Shown here one piece after another: positions 1 to 12,930 of a DNA stretch of 64,000 nt. Numbering within the stretch: the first letter of the stretch is position 1; each line of letters opens with the position of its first letter. Location of the stretch: the NCBI GenBank assembly GCA_964016885.1, contig OZ024740.1, positions 89,528,001 through 89,592,000 on the forward strand. The letters are read 5' to 3'. Both the position numbers and the translations under genes were made by a program. Under the pieces are notes generated by a model, which saw only the letters and a list, made by a program, of their open reading frames with translations, was not told where the DNA came from and did no database searches. The stretch is from Eledone cirrhosa. Lineage: Eukaryota.

Positions 1-43
1 GTTTGAGGACTCTGCCCCGTGAACCTTTCAGGAATAAATGGGC

Positions 44-108
44 GAAGAAGAAGAAGAAGAAGAAGAAGAAGAAGAAGAAGAAGAAGAAGAAGAAGAAGAA
101 GAAGAAGA
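44..108 (+). repeat. (GAA)n microsatellite, possibly the 3' tail of a LINE ending at about 43
   Basis: Perfect GAA run following an AATAAA-containing segment. Confidence 0.9.
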
Positions 109-1049
109 ATGTTTTATGAAATGTATGTAATAATTATTTAAAGATTGCCTTAAAATTGGAAATATATTGTGAAAGAAATTTAGATTGTTATTAGTTTCGT
201 TGTCGTTCTAACCTTTCATAAAGCGCTGATACATAATGCCAGTAGAGACATTCATAAGTTAGAAATGCTTCATTACTATTCAAATTACTTACTGTTTCCC
301 ATGTAACTTCTTCAAATTATATTCTAGTAGATATTGAATAGAATGTATTTTTAAAATTATGCATTTTTTTAGACTTTCTAATAAAGGATAAAAGCAGTGA
401 CAATGAAATATATTGGCAAATAAAGGACTAGTTCGAAGTATTGAACCAATATTTTATCATATAATACGATTAATATTGTTGCGATGAAATAATTAAAGTC
501 ATCTTCTTGGTCATGTATTCTGAGGAGTGTCACGGCAGTTTAGTTCATATGCACACCCTCCAGTTGGTCCTGTTAGAGTCAAATGATTCGAACACATTCG
601 ACTGAATCCCCGGGCAAGAGTCGCCAAATTCATTGATGGTAGACAACGATCTTCCTCAGGTTGTACCAGTGGGTTTTCTGCCGGCTGGGTTTGTGCCCTA
701 AAATCACTTTAGCGATTCTTTCCTGGGACATTGTTTTTAGTTTGGGAGCCGTCGTTTCTCAATTCGAAGAAGTAGTAGCATGTAGAAAAGGGTCGGGTAT
801 AAATTCCTAACAAATTAACTTGGAATATATATACTACTAAACATCCAAATATTTCGTCCTATGTTTACCACTGTGTCAACGTCTCTCTCCTCTAACCCAT
901 TATCTCCCTCCCTCTCTTTCAGTGTTGATTATACATATCTTTATACCCGCAGTGCGTCTCTCCATGTATTGAGTAATCCTCAATATGTCCTGAAATGATC
1001 TGAGCAACACAGACTCTCTTCCTCACCGTCTCTTTTTCATTCCCCCCCC

Positions 1050-1548
<499 letters not shown>

Positions 1549-1626
1549 CAAAGAGATATCCAAACTGAACCTGAACCGATAAGGTCTGGTTTCATGGGTA
1601 TGTCACCATTTATAAAACAAATTTTG

Positions 1627-1687
1627 TATTTTATCTGATGAGGGCGTACCAACATTTTGGTACCCTTCAAATATATATAATAACATA
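1627..1687 (+). ncRNA. Degenerate Type I hammerhead ribozyme in a short insert between (TA)n tracts
   Basis: TATTTTAT-CTGATGA-GGGCGTACCAA catt TTGGTACCC-TT-CAAA-TATATA-TA-ATAACATA. Stems I and II are present, but GAAA reads CAAA. Confidence 0.6.
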
Positions 1688-1730
1688 AATATGGTTTTAT
1701 AAATATAGTTTCCATTTATTAATATCATTG

Positions 1731-1784
<54 letters not shown>

Positions 1785-2197
1785 GATTGCGTGTGTCTAT
1801 GTGCATTTATGTATCTGTCAGCTTCTTATGTGGATATATCCGTTATGTTAATCTAATTATATATTCATCATATATCTACATTGATTGTGCCTTATCATTT
1901 CTAATCCTACATAGCACATCTTCAAGAACATTTTCAGAAGACTACGTACTTATATCTGTGCATGTTAGGTTCTATAAATAAATATATGTTTCTACTCTCT
2001 TGACTGTTTAAGGAAATTCTACATGGTTAGGTATACTGATAATCCATGTTATTTTCTAATAATTAATCACTTTAATACAATTTCCAGAACCACCCTCTCA
2101 TATCACGCCACATCTATATACATATATATATAGATAGATACATTCATGCATAAACTCACACACCCACAAACACACACACACACAACACATCTATATA

Positions 2198-2232
<35 letters not shown>

Positions 2233-2304
2233 GGAAAAAATGAAACGAAATTTCATTTCTCACTTTTGTACGTCTGTATACATATATGTATGTACGTATA
2301 CATA

Positions 2305-2357
<53 letters not shown>

Positions 2358-2835
2358 TCAATTGCAAGGGAACAGGAAAGCGAAGTTGAAGTAAACAATA
2401 AGAAATGTGATACGTATCAATTTCTTTGGCACTTAACTGCTAAATTTCTGTCTTATTGTCAATACGCCGAAAGGAATGCTTGATATCCATCAGGAAGAAG
2501 AAACAGAAACAAATATTCATTTCATACTATCAAGCCGCTGTTCTATTTAGAATCAATGCAGAACAGCTGCATTTGATATCATATTAAAATAGAATATAAC
2601 CAGAAGTCTATGTATATCATAAATTTGACTTGGGATAATCGAAAACGGAATTACAATTTGACCTATGTTCTTAAATTTATAGGAATATATCGACAATATT
2701 AAAAAGTATATATTTTCTAAAATGGCAATTATACATGCATACATACATATGTACATATAAACAACAAGATAAATCATACTCAGAGACGCGCCCATATAAG
2801 CACACACACGCACACACACATATAGATTTTATATC

Positions 2836-2904
<69 letters not shown>

Positions 2905-2919
2905 GGTGCGTGTATATAC

Positions 2920-3595
2920 ATATATTAGTTAGTATTGGTAGTTGCATCTCTGTACCAATATCAGTTGAAAATGGGGTGAAGCAGGATGTGAGGGGTGGGG
3001 GTGGCATTCCGGCTCCAACTCTGTTTTCGTTATAATTTACGTGTTTCTCGTGACATTCATGAAAAAGTGTTCGCATGGAGTTTACATCAGGTATCGCACT
3101 TCGGGAAGGTTGTTCAACATCAGGCGCTTTGGTGTATTCACGAAAGTATTAACATCTATAAACTGAGAGTTTTGTATGCAGATGACTGTGAACTTTTTGC
3201 ACACTGACAAAGTGATATGCAGCATATTATGAACTCTCTTTCTGAAGCTTGGAGCGCTTTGGCCCTCACAATAAGCTTGGGAAAAAAACTGTTGTGATGT
3301 ATCAGTGAGCACTTGGAAAAAAGTACACTACAAAAGTTTGTACATGCACGGAAAGAGGCTAAAAGTTGCTGACAGGTCTGTTTACCTTGGTAATACGTTG
3401 AACAATTCATGCACACTTGATGATGAAATATCCTTAAGTATCACGAAAGCCAATGAGGCTTTTGGACGTCTGCATGAACGTTTATGCTCCAAAAGAGGTA
3501 TCACTCTCAAAACCAAAGTAAAAGTGTATTTGACTTGTGTCGTCCCGTCTTTGGTTTATGCTTGTGAAATGTGGGTCATATACGGAAAGATCTAG
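2920..3595 (+). mobile_element. RTE-clade LINE fragment (RT C-terminal half), pseudogenised
   Basis: ENGVKQ, LYADDC and YLGNTL...DDEI..I.KA..AFGRL..R....GI.LKTK.KVY..CV.PSL.Y.CE.W motifs, with frameshifts. Confidence 0.85.
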
Positions 3596-3689
3596 ATTTG
3601 AATGGAATATCTGTTGAACTGATTCTCTGTGGAAGAAACAAGGTTGCTATGACCATTCATGGACTCGTCTTATCGGCATGACATGGAGT

Positions 3690-4575
3690 ACCTGTCCCGC
3701 AAGACCGGGTAGATGCATTTTTGCTCTCGATTTACAAAGGCAAGAGCTCTGAGTCGGAGTTTGGTGATTATCGTTGTATAAGTCTGCTTGAATCTGCAGA
3801 AAATGTATTATCCAATGTCTTGCGGAATCGTCTAATGGAATAGATTTACCCTGGTGCCATCCCTGAAACCCAGAGCGTATTTACAGCTGGGCGGGTTATT
3901 ATAGACATGATTTTCTCAGCACCCGTCAGCTTATGGAAAAGTGTCATTATACCGATATGTGTGGTACTTACCAAACTCTTTGATACTGTTAATCATAGTT
4001 GGTTATATTGGGGAAATTTCGATGCTATCATGATTTGTTGGAATATTCACAAAACTCCTTCAAAATATGAAAGCAAAAGTTAACTTCAATGGGACACTTT
4101 AAGAGCCAAATTCATAGGTTAACGTTGTTAAACTAGGTGAAATTCCTCCATCCATTCTATTCTCCATCTACGTTGTCCAAGCCTTCGAAATCGGTTTATA
4201 CTTGCGAAATAAAACTTCTGACAAATTCTTTAAATTAAGACGCTTAACACCAAGTCGAAAACATTTGGCAATGTATGTGGCTGATTTCTCCAAACAAGAT
4301 CAGGTTTTGTTGAACATCTGAAATCACATCAGCAAATGAGACACCTAGCCAACTCAGAGATTGTTCTACCAGCCCACACTCCATGGTACATTTGCAGTGA
4401 GTGTGGCTTAATTTCAAGTCAGTGGTTGGAGTGACCAGACATGGCAAAATGCATGAAGACACACCCCAGCCGGTTTTTCCAGGAAACAGACGGTCCAAGT
4501 GTCAGATCTGTGAAAGTCCCTGCTAAGAAATGCGGGTCTGAACAGCCAGCTGTATGCATATGATGGTCCAGTGTT
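3690..4575 (+). mobile_element. Second, more decayed RTE-like LINE (RT N-terminal half and C-terminal zinc-finger remnant)
   Basis: DYRCISLL, PETQS.F..GR...DMIFS and LTK.FDTVN in broken frames; 4080-4245 parallels 2940-3130; CQIC...GLNS near 4500-4550. Confidence 0.6.
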
Positions 4576-5106
4576 CAATGAAGTGATGGCACTCTCCTTT
4601 CAAGGAGTAGCAATGAATTAACCAATGTATATCGGCCTTCTCATTCTTTTCTCTATCAAGGACGAACTCACCAACGTGGGCGGTGGTTTGTACCGTGATG
4701 ATGGTCTTTTCACCATGACTAAGTGCGACACTCGTGCTTGCGACAGGTTCAAAGAAGAACTCACAGCCTTCTTTAAAGGCTTCAACCTCTCTATACAGAT
4801 TCAGGCCAACATCTTGGTCGTTAATTACCTCGACGTTACCCTCAATTTATCGAATGGCTTGTATTACCCGTATAGAAAGCCTAATCATATGCTTAATTAC
4901 GTAAGTAAGCATTCCAACCATCCTGCCAGCAGAACCAATAACCTGGTAAGAAACGTTTCGTTGAGGCTTTCCCGTCTATCTTCTAACGAGCATATTTACA
5001 ACTACTATTCCACATATTACAATGAAGCTCTTGCTCGGAGTCGATTTGGCGATAAGGTAGCATATACAGAGTACGAGAATAGACCTAGAAGAAACAGATT
5101 CCGACG

Positions 5107-5300
5107 CATTGGCGGTGGATTGGCAGTATCGGTGGAGGGTCGGACACCATGCTTTCCAGCGGAGTTACGTCCTTTTACGATCTGAGTTCAAATCCCGCCG
5201 AGGTTGACTTTGCCTTTCATCCTTACGGGGTCGATAAAATAAAGTACCAGTAATGCACTGGGTAATTGCTGGCCTTGTGCCTAAAGTAGAAACAATTATA
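5107..5300 (+). mobile_element. tRNA-derived SINE (family 1) inserted in the PLE ORF
   Basis: B box GAGTTCAAATCC and central GCCTTTCATCCTTACGGGGTCGATAAAAT...GTACCAG (MetaSINE-like domain, inferred); splits RFRR from IIWY; 3 further copies in the window. Confidence 0.9.
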
Positions 5301-6894
5301 TGGTATAGCCCACCATATAATATGGAGGTGGCCACGCGATTATCTAAGATCGATCTATCCCTTATTACGAAGCATTTTCCCCCTACACATAAATATAGTA
5401 ACATTTTTAATAGAAATACTATTAAAATGTCTTACTCTACGACTCCTAACCTTGCACATAACATCACATCTTCAAATTTAGCTAAACTACCTAGCCGTAG
5501 GAACACGTGCAACCCTGTAGTTAGTACTAACTGTAATTGTAGGAATCGGATTGATTGCCCCTATCCGGGAAATGCCTCTCTAGTAACATTGTATACAAAT
5601 GTAAGGTTGAAACACCCACGTCCCGTAGGGCCTACATAGGGTTAACCGCCAATAGATTCAAGCAGCGTCTATACATCATACCCATTCTTCCCGTTACCCT
5701 CTAAGAAGGAATATGACGTCACTTTCAGCTTATATCTGGAGTCTAAAAGACAACCACACCCAATATAATTTATACTGGGAGATCCTAGCTAGGGCTAGAT
5801 CGTATAACGGACATAAAAGACCATGTGACCTCTGCGCCGTAAAAGGCCCTGGAAAGACTCTACGCCACAGACCACATCTTAAACAAAAAATCTGAAGCAA
5901 TTTCGGCTTGTAAACATAAATTGCACAAAACCTTCCTGTATTACAGCCCCACATTATACCCTAACGTATAGTACGACCTATACGCGGATATTTCACGTCT
6001 TGATGTGGTAGCTAAGTATATGCTATGTTTATACCATTACTTATTTGCATTGTTAAGTATATATTACCTGTATGTTTTGTGAAGGTACGTATACTTTCTC
6101 ATACGTATATTTTGTATATGTTATGGCGTATATTTTTATATATTCTGGTACATATTATTTTGATTACATGTATACGTGAGTTTTGCGTCTGTGTGTGTAT
6201 GCGGGTTCGTACGGATTAGTTTGTGTGTATATGTGTACTTCGTGTTTTCGTTGACGTGTCTCCGAACATTTGTGTATTTACATGTAGGTATGTGTGTGCG
6301 CTTGTTATATACGTATTTATTTATTTATATGCGTTTATTTAATTATTTGTATACACGCACACACACACACACATATCTATATGTGCATCTATTTGTATAC
6401 CTATGGCGAGTTTCTTCGCGTATGCTTGTGTATGTACGTATTTGGGTGCGTGTATGTATTTATTTATTTTCAATTACCTCTGTTTTTTATTTACTTTATT
6501 CTTAACTCTGAAGCGGAGAATAATTCGGTTTCCTACTTAGAATTTTAGTCTACGACTTCAGTAATACCATTTACGTGGTTTTGTCTTTGCGTGCAATTGT
6601 TCTCCACGCTCCACACATGACGTATTATCTTCGTTTTTTCTGTTCATTGCCAGAGAACGTCTCTATGAACCACCTAATAGAATATTAGTCTACGACTTCT
6701 TTAATACTATAAACTTGGTTATGTCTTTGCGTGTAATTGTTTTTCACCGCTCCAAATAATGACGTATTATATTCGTTTTTTCCAGTTCTTTGCCAGGGAA
6801 CGTTTCCACGAATCAAAGTATCGTCTTCCTGTCTTCCTCCGGTTGCAACGTTTTTTGAAATATTCACTTCTACGTTTACAGATTGACTTTGTTA

Positions 6895-6943
6895 GTTTCA
6901 GAAGATCCCGTTAAGGGTGAAAGCAGCGATTCTTTGCTTAAAC
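6895..6943 (+). ncRNA. Type I HHR-like motif with U4A core (CAGAAGA)
   Basis: GTTT-CAGAAGA-T-CCC gttaa GGG-T-GAA-AGCAG cgattct TTGCT-T-AAAC; located at the PLE 3' end. Confidence 0.7.
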
Positions 6944-6960
6944 TTTAATCTGTTATTTTA

Positions 6961-7047
<87 letters not shown>

Positions 7048-7164
7048 AATATTTATATATAGTGGTTAAACACTGGAAGGTAATATCCGTAGTGTTGTGG
7101 TAGAGCACTCAATCCATGGGACGAGTTAGAAAGAAGAGGTTACTCAACAGTTAGTTCAGCATAC

Positions 7165-7201
7165 CGAGAACAATTGTTTCACCTTACGGATCCTCAGCTC
7201 G
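7165..7201 (-). ncRNA. Minimal Type I HHR, canonical core
   Basis: Minus strand CGAG-CTGAGGA-T-CC gtaa GG-T-GAAA-CAATTG-TT-CTCG; palindromic stem III ACAATTGT; GUU site. Confidence 0.85.
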
Positions 7202-7228
7202 TAATGGTGAACTATCTGTTGTGTAACC

Positions 7229-7310
<82 letters not shown>

Positions 7311-7314
<4 letters not shown>

Positions 7315-9003
7315 ATACTTTGGGAGGCTCATGTTGCTAATAAGAAAGACAGGCACCACATTTTTCACTTCAATTTATAAATTTAGGAATTTATAAATTT
7401 CCGGTTGGTTGGTTGGTTCCTATAACCAGATGGTTGTTTATATATTGTCAACGTTCTTTCGTCACACATTATGTGACCTCTTCAGTGACTGGGTATACTT
7501 TTCTTTGTTTTTTGTGCCTCTCCTTTGTTCTGTTCTACGCCATCTTGTTTGTGTGTGTGTGTTGTGTGCTTAGTTTGCCCATGTGTTACATCCGGGTGTC
7601 TGTGTGTGTTTATCTTTGTTTTTTATTTGTTTATTTACATGTTACTGGTTGGTTTTTTGTTCTATGTGCGTGTGTGTTTTCATTTTGTCCTTAATTGTAA
7701 GTTGTGATGTTGCTGTTCCACTCATGTTTTCTATTTAATTTTGGTTGTAATTCATTTATGTTTATTGCCTCTGTGATTTGTCTAAACATTGCGTCTTTTC
7801 TGTGTGTAGATTCTATTTTTATTTCTATGTTTTCCAATTTAGCCTTATAATCTATTTTAGCATGTTGGTAGAGTACAGATGATTATTTACTATCTTGAAG
7901 GTCTCGCCAGTGTTCATTTATCCGTTCCCCTATACTACGAGCTGTCTCACCTATGTACACTATATTTTTATCTCTACATTGTCCTTCAGTACATCTTATG
8001 CTTCATACTACATTTCTAGTTTTACAGTTAATATAGGGGCTTAATTTACAGATTATACATTTCTAATCTATACAGGGAGGTCTTTGAAAAGGGTATGTCT
8101 TGCTAATAAGTGTTTTTATGGAGGTACCTCGTCTTTCTACTATCTTAATATTGAGTTTATGCTTATCTAGGGCCATTATAAATGTGTAAGCTTATTCACC
8201 TCTGGGGGTTGTGTCGATGAACATTACACTCTGGTATTTATTGCTATCATATCATGAGTTTATTCTATTAGCCTTATTCCTAGTTCTTTCTATTCTATTC
8301 CAAAGTGTGCTACTATACAAGGGGCAGGTCCCATTTATGTCATTATTTACCATTTTTTCCCATTTGGTTCTGGCTCCTCTATACACTCTGATTTTATCTC
8401 TCTGATTGTAACCAGAGAACTGCATACGATGGATGAAGTGTCGTATGTGTCTCTCTAGTTCTTCGGGGTTGCACATGCGGGACACGTTTCTCTTCACCCG
8501 TACCAAATCCGCAATCAGTATGTTGATTTTGGTATGGTCCGAAACAGTTGAGTTTCGGTGGATCAGATATTTGGAAGTCATGGGTTTGGCATAATGGGAA
8601 TGGAGGATTTGTTTTTTGTTATTGATGGTATCTAACCAGAGCTCTGTGTCTAGTACAGGTAATCGATGGTTGGGTGTTTGCTTCGGTAGTCTATAGTAAC
8701 TCTAATACTCTGGTGGATGGAGTTAGCTATTTGGTGGATGCTTTCCATTGTGTTTTTCCCTAATTCCTGACTGTTCTCTAGTGGGGGTGTTTTAACTACG
8801 ATATTTATATCATCAACGTAGCGGGAGTATATTATCAGGGTTAAGGGGTCTTCTGATTGTTCTTTAAGTTTAAGTTTAAGTCTACTGTCCCACCATACCA
8901 TGAATAGGTTAGCTATGTCGCCTGCAATGCTAACACCGATGGCTGCTCACTCCTCTTGGGCATATGTTTTTCCATTAAATTTGAACATATGTTCCTTAAG
9001 GGT
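7311..9003 (-). mobile_element. Neptune-like PLE (family B1), inverted 5'-truncated arm
   Basis: Minus strand AAIGVSIAG, YSRYVDD, HRMQFSGY, YIGETARS; 7311-8175 is the reverse complement of about 9025-9907. Confidence 0.9.
7447..7489 (-). ncRNA. HHR of the family B1 inverted arm (cleavage triplet mutated to CGU)
   Basis: GTCA-CTGAAGA-G-GTCACA taatg TGTGAC-GAAA-GAAC-GT-TGAC. Confidence 0.75.
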
Positions 9004-9019
9004 TAATTAGCTTAAAAAT

Positions 9020-12000
9020 TTAGAAGGGCCCTAGATAAACATAAACTCAATATTAAGATAGTAGAAAGACGATGTACCTCCATAAAAACATTTATTAGCA
9101 AGACATACCCTTTTCAAAGACCTCCCTGTATAGATAAGAAATGTATAATCTGTAAATTAAGCCCCCATATTAACTGTAAAACTAGAAATGTAGTATATAG
9201 CATAAGATGTACTGAAGGACAATGTAGAGATAAAAATATAGTGTACATAGGTGAGACAGCTCGTAGTATAAGGGAACGGATAAATGAAAACTGGCGAGAC
9301 CTTCAAAATAGTAAAGAATCATATGTACTCTACCAACATGCTAAAATAGAACATAAGGCTAAATTAGAGAACATAGAAATAAAAATAGAATCTACACACA
9401 GAAAAAACGCAATGTTTAGACAAATCACAGAGGCAATAAAAATAAATGAATTACAACCAACATTAAATAGAAAACATGAGTGGAACAGCAACATCACAAC
9501 TTACAATTAAGGACAAAATAAAAACACACACGCACATATAACAAACAACCAACAAGTAACATCTAAATAAACAAATAAATAAACGAATATAAACACACAC
9601 AGACACCCGGATGTAACACATGGGCAAACTAAGCACACAACACACACACAAAAACAAGATGGCGTAGGTCAGAACAGAGGAGAGGAACAAAAAACAAAAA
9701 AAAAGAATCCCCAGTCACTGAAGAGGTCAGACAATGTGTGGCGAAAGAACTTTGACAATATATAAACAAGCATCTGGTTGTTGAACCAACCAACCAACCG
9801 GAAATTTATAAATTCCTAAATTTATAAATGTATTATAATAAATTGAAGTGATAGCACTTGGTGCGTGTGTTTCTTATTGGCAACATGACCCTCCCAAAGT
9901 ATAACAATTTCGGTTTCAACACACGTTTTCAGATAAAGAATCTTGCTAAACAAATTAAGAAACCAAATATCGTAAGCCTTAGCCAGGATAACAAGATACT
10001 GAGAACCACCATCTTCTGTTGTCTACGAAAACAATATCATCTCGACAACTACACTTCATAAAAGAATGTGCCTCGTCCCGAGTTTACACCAACACCATCA
10101 ACACCGATGTAAGAAGATTACAGCTCATCAAAAAGCAAGCAGATGGGCTAAAACGAACATTAATTCTTTAACATAAAAAAGAAGATTTATAAAGAATTAA
10201 GTCATCAAGAAAAACATAAGCGTAACCTAATACAAGAAATAACTAAGATCACCACACCAAGAGAAAAACTAATATTTATAAACCTTATATGTCCTGAAGA
10301 ACAGTACATTGTTCAAGAACGTGACAAGCACTTTAACAAGAAACTAAAGTGGCTCAAACAGATAAAACTAAATCAAGTTACTTTAGACAATATCAATAGA
10401 TATCCCGACAAAATTGACGGTATAAATATGGCGGACATCTCATTAACAGATTAATTCAACAACAACAACACAAATATATACGGCAACACTACGGTTGACT
10501 CTGATGAATTATCTGTAATACAACTGCCGCCTAAGTATGCCACATTTAATAAGGTAAATATGATTAAATGCTTGTCAGAAATAGAAAAATCATTTACAAA
10601 ATTACGTTGGAGCCTCAAAAACAATAACAGAACAAAAACAAAAGTAACAACATACGCACACAGACACACATATACAACACACAACCCAACAACAGACACA
10701 CAGACACAAACAACAATAACAAAAACACACACATCAACAATAATAACATACTCAGAAACAACAACAACAGACACACAGACACAAACAACAATAACAACAC
10801 ACACAACAATAATAACATACACGGAGACAACAACAACAACGCACATCAACAACAGCACACATCAACAACAACAACAACAACAACACACACACATTCAATG
10901 CCTCTCACCACCACCACAATCTTAACAAACACACAGACACAGAAAACAGGTAATGACAGTAGCACAGAAATAAGGGAGGGTAATAGGATTGAAAGGAGAA
11001 GGGAGATTATGGACAGAGAAAATAACCAAGACGAACACACAGACACACAAAATAGAGTAGATAATAACAATGAGCCAGAGGAAAGAGATAGGAGTAATAA
11101 TGAGAGACATAGAAACAACCATGAGTCTGTTGGTGGAAATAAAAATAGAAACAACACAACTAACAATAACAATAGCACTAGTACACATAAAGCAGCAGCC
11201 TGAAACTCTACATTTTATAATCCCTCCGATATGTCGTTCAACCTGCGAAGAGTCCATGCCACGACTTTAGCTTTTAACAAACGCACGCAATTGCTGTCGG
11301 AGGTCGATGAACAAACAGAAGCACAATTTAGTATAGCTAGATCTAAACTTAGAAATATTATAGAACAGTATAGCAAGAAACATAATAGAATGGAGGCTCA
11401 GCAACTGGGAGAAAAATCTGCAAATGACTTGCGTAAGCTCATGCAGCGTTCGCGTAATGGAGAGATAGCATGTTTCCAACAGACAAGTCTGGCAGAATGT
11501 CGGTTAACAGTCTGCCAAACTATATCCAGGCAATGCAACCCCACATCACTAACACACGAGAAGTAACACCACAAGAGCCTGATGATAGAGAAAAAAGCCC
11601 TCAATGCCCATATGATGATTTGAACAAATATAATGCATCCCAACAAAAGGACTGCCAACAACATCCAGGCCTGGAACGATGATGTGCCAGCGTTGTATGG
11701 GCTTCGAAAAGACCATAAAACGAGCATTGACCCTGTCACAGGACCACCAACACGGCCAGTCTGTGGAACTAACATTGCTAGTAACTACAGACTGTCCTAC
11801 TTCCTCTCCCTGACACATACGCCCCATCATTGAAATGTCCCCAGATGTATGTGACAGCACGGCGGACCTCCTCAGCAGAATCGGTGAGAGTATCCGATCT
11901 AGGGACCTAACAAACTGCATAATAGGTAGTATGGATGGTGTATCCCTGTATCCATTTATTGACGTGGACTTTGCTCTGGAGAAATGCGTAGAAATGATCA

Positions 12001-12140
12001 GTGAGAGTAATGTTGAATTCCGTGTGATTGATGCCAGTTAGCTGGGACTCCTACTTAAACTTACGTATAGTAATAATTATCTAGACACATATGACCTTAG
12101 CAACCTGTGTCCTACAAGACCAGCAAGAGGCAGACCAGCT
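9020..12140 (+). mobile_element. Neptune-like PLE (family B1): pseudo-LTR (GIY-YIG end and 3'UTR) followed by ORF N-terminus and RT start, truncated at about 12140
   Basis: YIGETARS...EAIKI...P.LN; ORF restarts MTLPKYNNFG at about 9885; TDKSGR, LYGLRKDHK, PPTRPVCG, GSMD..SLYP. Confidence 0.88.
9714..9756 (+). ncRNA. Minimal Type I HHR (family B1)
   Basis: GTCA-CTGAAGA-G-GTCA...TGGC-GAA-AG aa CT-T-TGAC; CUU site. Confidence 0.75.
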
Positions 12141-12930
12141 CAATGGTCATTTCTTTATCATTTACGATCTCATTGTTTTCATTTTGAGTTTCATCTTCAG
12201 CATGCACTCCCTCCACTTTTTCGATCCTTTCTTTAATTTGTTCTGTTGTCAGTGATTCCGCCCCCACCCTGGGATTCGAAGTGTTACAATTTACCTCGTT
12301 TTCACTGACACATGTTTCATTTTCCATTCGCTGACTTTGTGCTAATAGCTTGATCTGATTAATTTCTATATCAGTTAGTAACATTTTTTTAACAATATTT
12401 CTTCGTATATTGGCTAGTTTGTTACTGTCAATATAGCCTCTGTTTTCAGGATGTTTCTTTTTCCAGTTGATATAAGTCTGTTCTGTATTCGATCTATATG
12501 ATGGGTAGTACATGGCAGTATAGAAAGCCCCAAGGACTTCTTTAATCTCTTCCTTTGTCCATTTTTCTCTCTTTTTCTTTGAATTTCTTGGTGGTGAGCA
12601 TGGAGGGTCAACAGGAGGAGTATTCAGGTTATGGGAGGTCTCCAGCTCCGAAATGATGAGAAGGTTTGAACCATTAGCTGATTTTTCAACCCCAGTCTGT
12701 TTCCTCTCTGAGGGACGCGGACCTTTTTTACCCGGGCGACGGCCGATCCGGTATGAGATTTTATCATTTGTCATTTACTTTATTTTGTCGCGTTTTATCC
12801 TTATCCGCCAAGTGTTAATCATTACGTGTTACCACTTCTAGGACGAGTATCAACCAAGACTCGAGGGGTCGTCATCCCATAGAGACACGGCGATACCCCG
12901 CCGGCCTCCATCCCGGTATTTTTTTGTCAG
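12140..12930 (-). mobile_element. 5' end (5'UTR and N-terminal domain) of an R4/Dong-like non-LTR element
   Basis: KWTKEE...Y..W....P.......LAN.RR.I....LL...EI..I resembles the R4-clade N-terminus; GC-richer upstream UTR. Confidence 0.65.

Larger units (their letters stand above)
4625..6967 (+). mobile_element. 5'-truncated Naiad-like Penelope-like element (family A): RT, CxC..CP linker, GIY-YIG, 3' region with HHR
   Basis: GGLYRDDGL, NYLDVTLNL, YVSKHSNHP, IIWYSPPY, CNCRNRIDCP, YIGLT, TSLSAYIW.LK, CDLC; ends in (TA)n. Confidence 0.9.

Noticed and set aside
500-790. Possible RTE C-terminal remnant on the minus strand; also PRKGDLS at about 27840
   Set aside because: Only single short motifs; too decayed to support a call.
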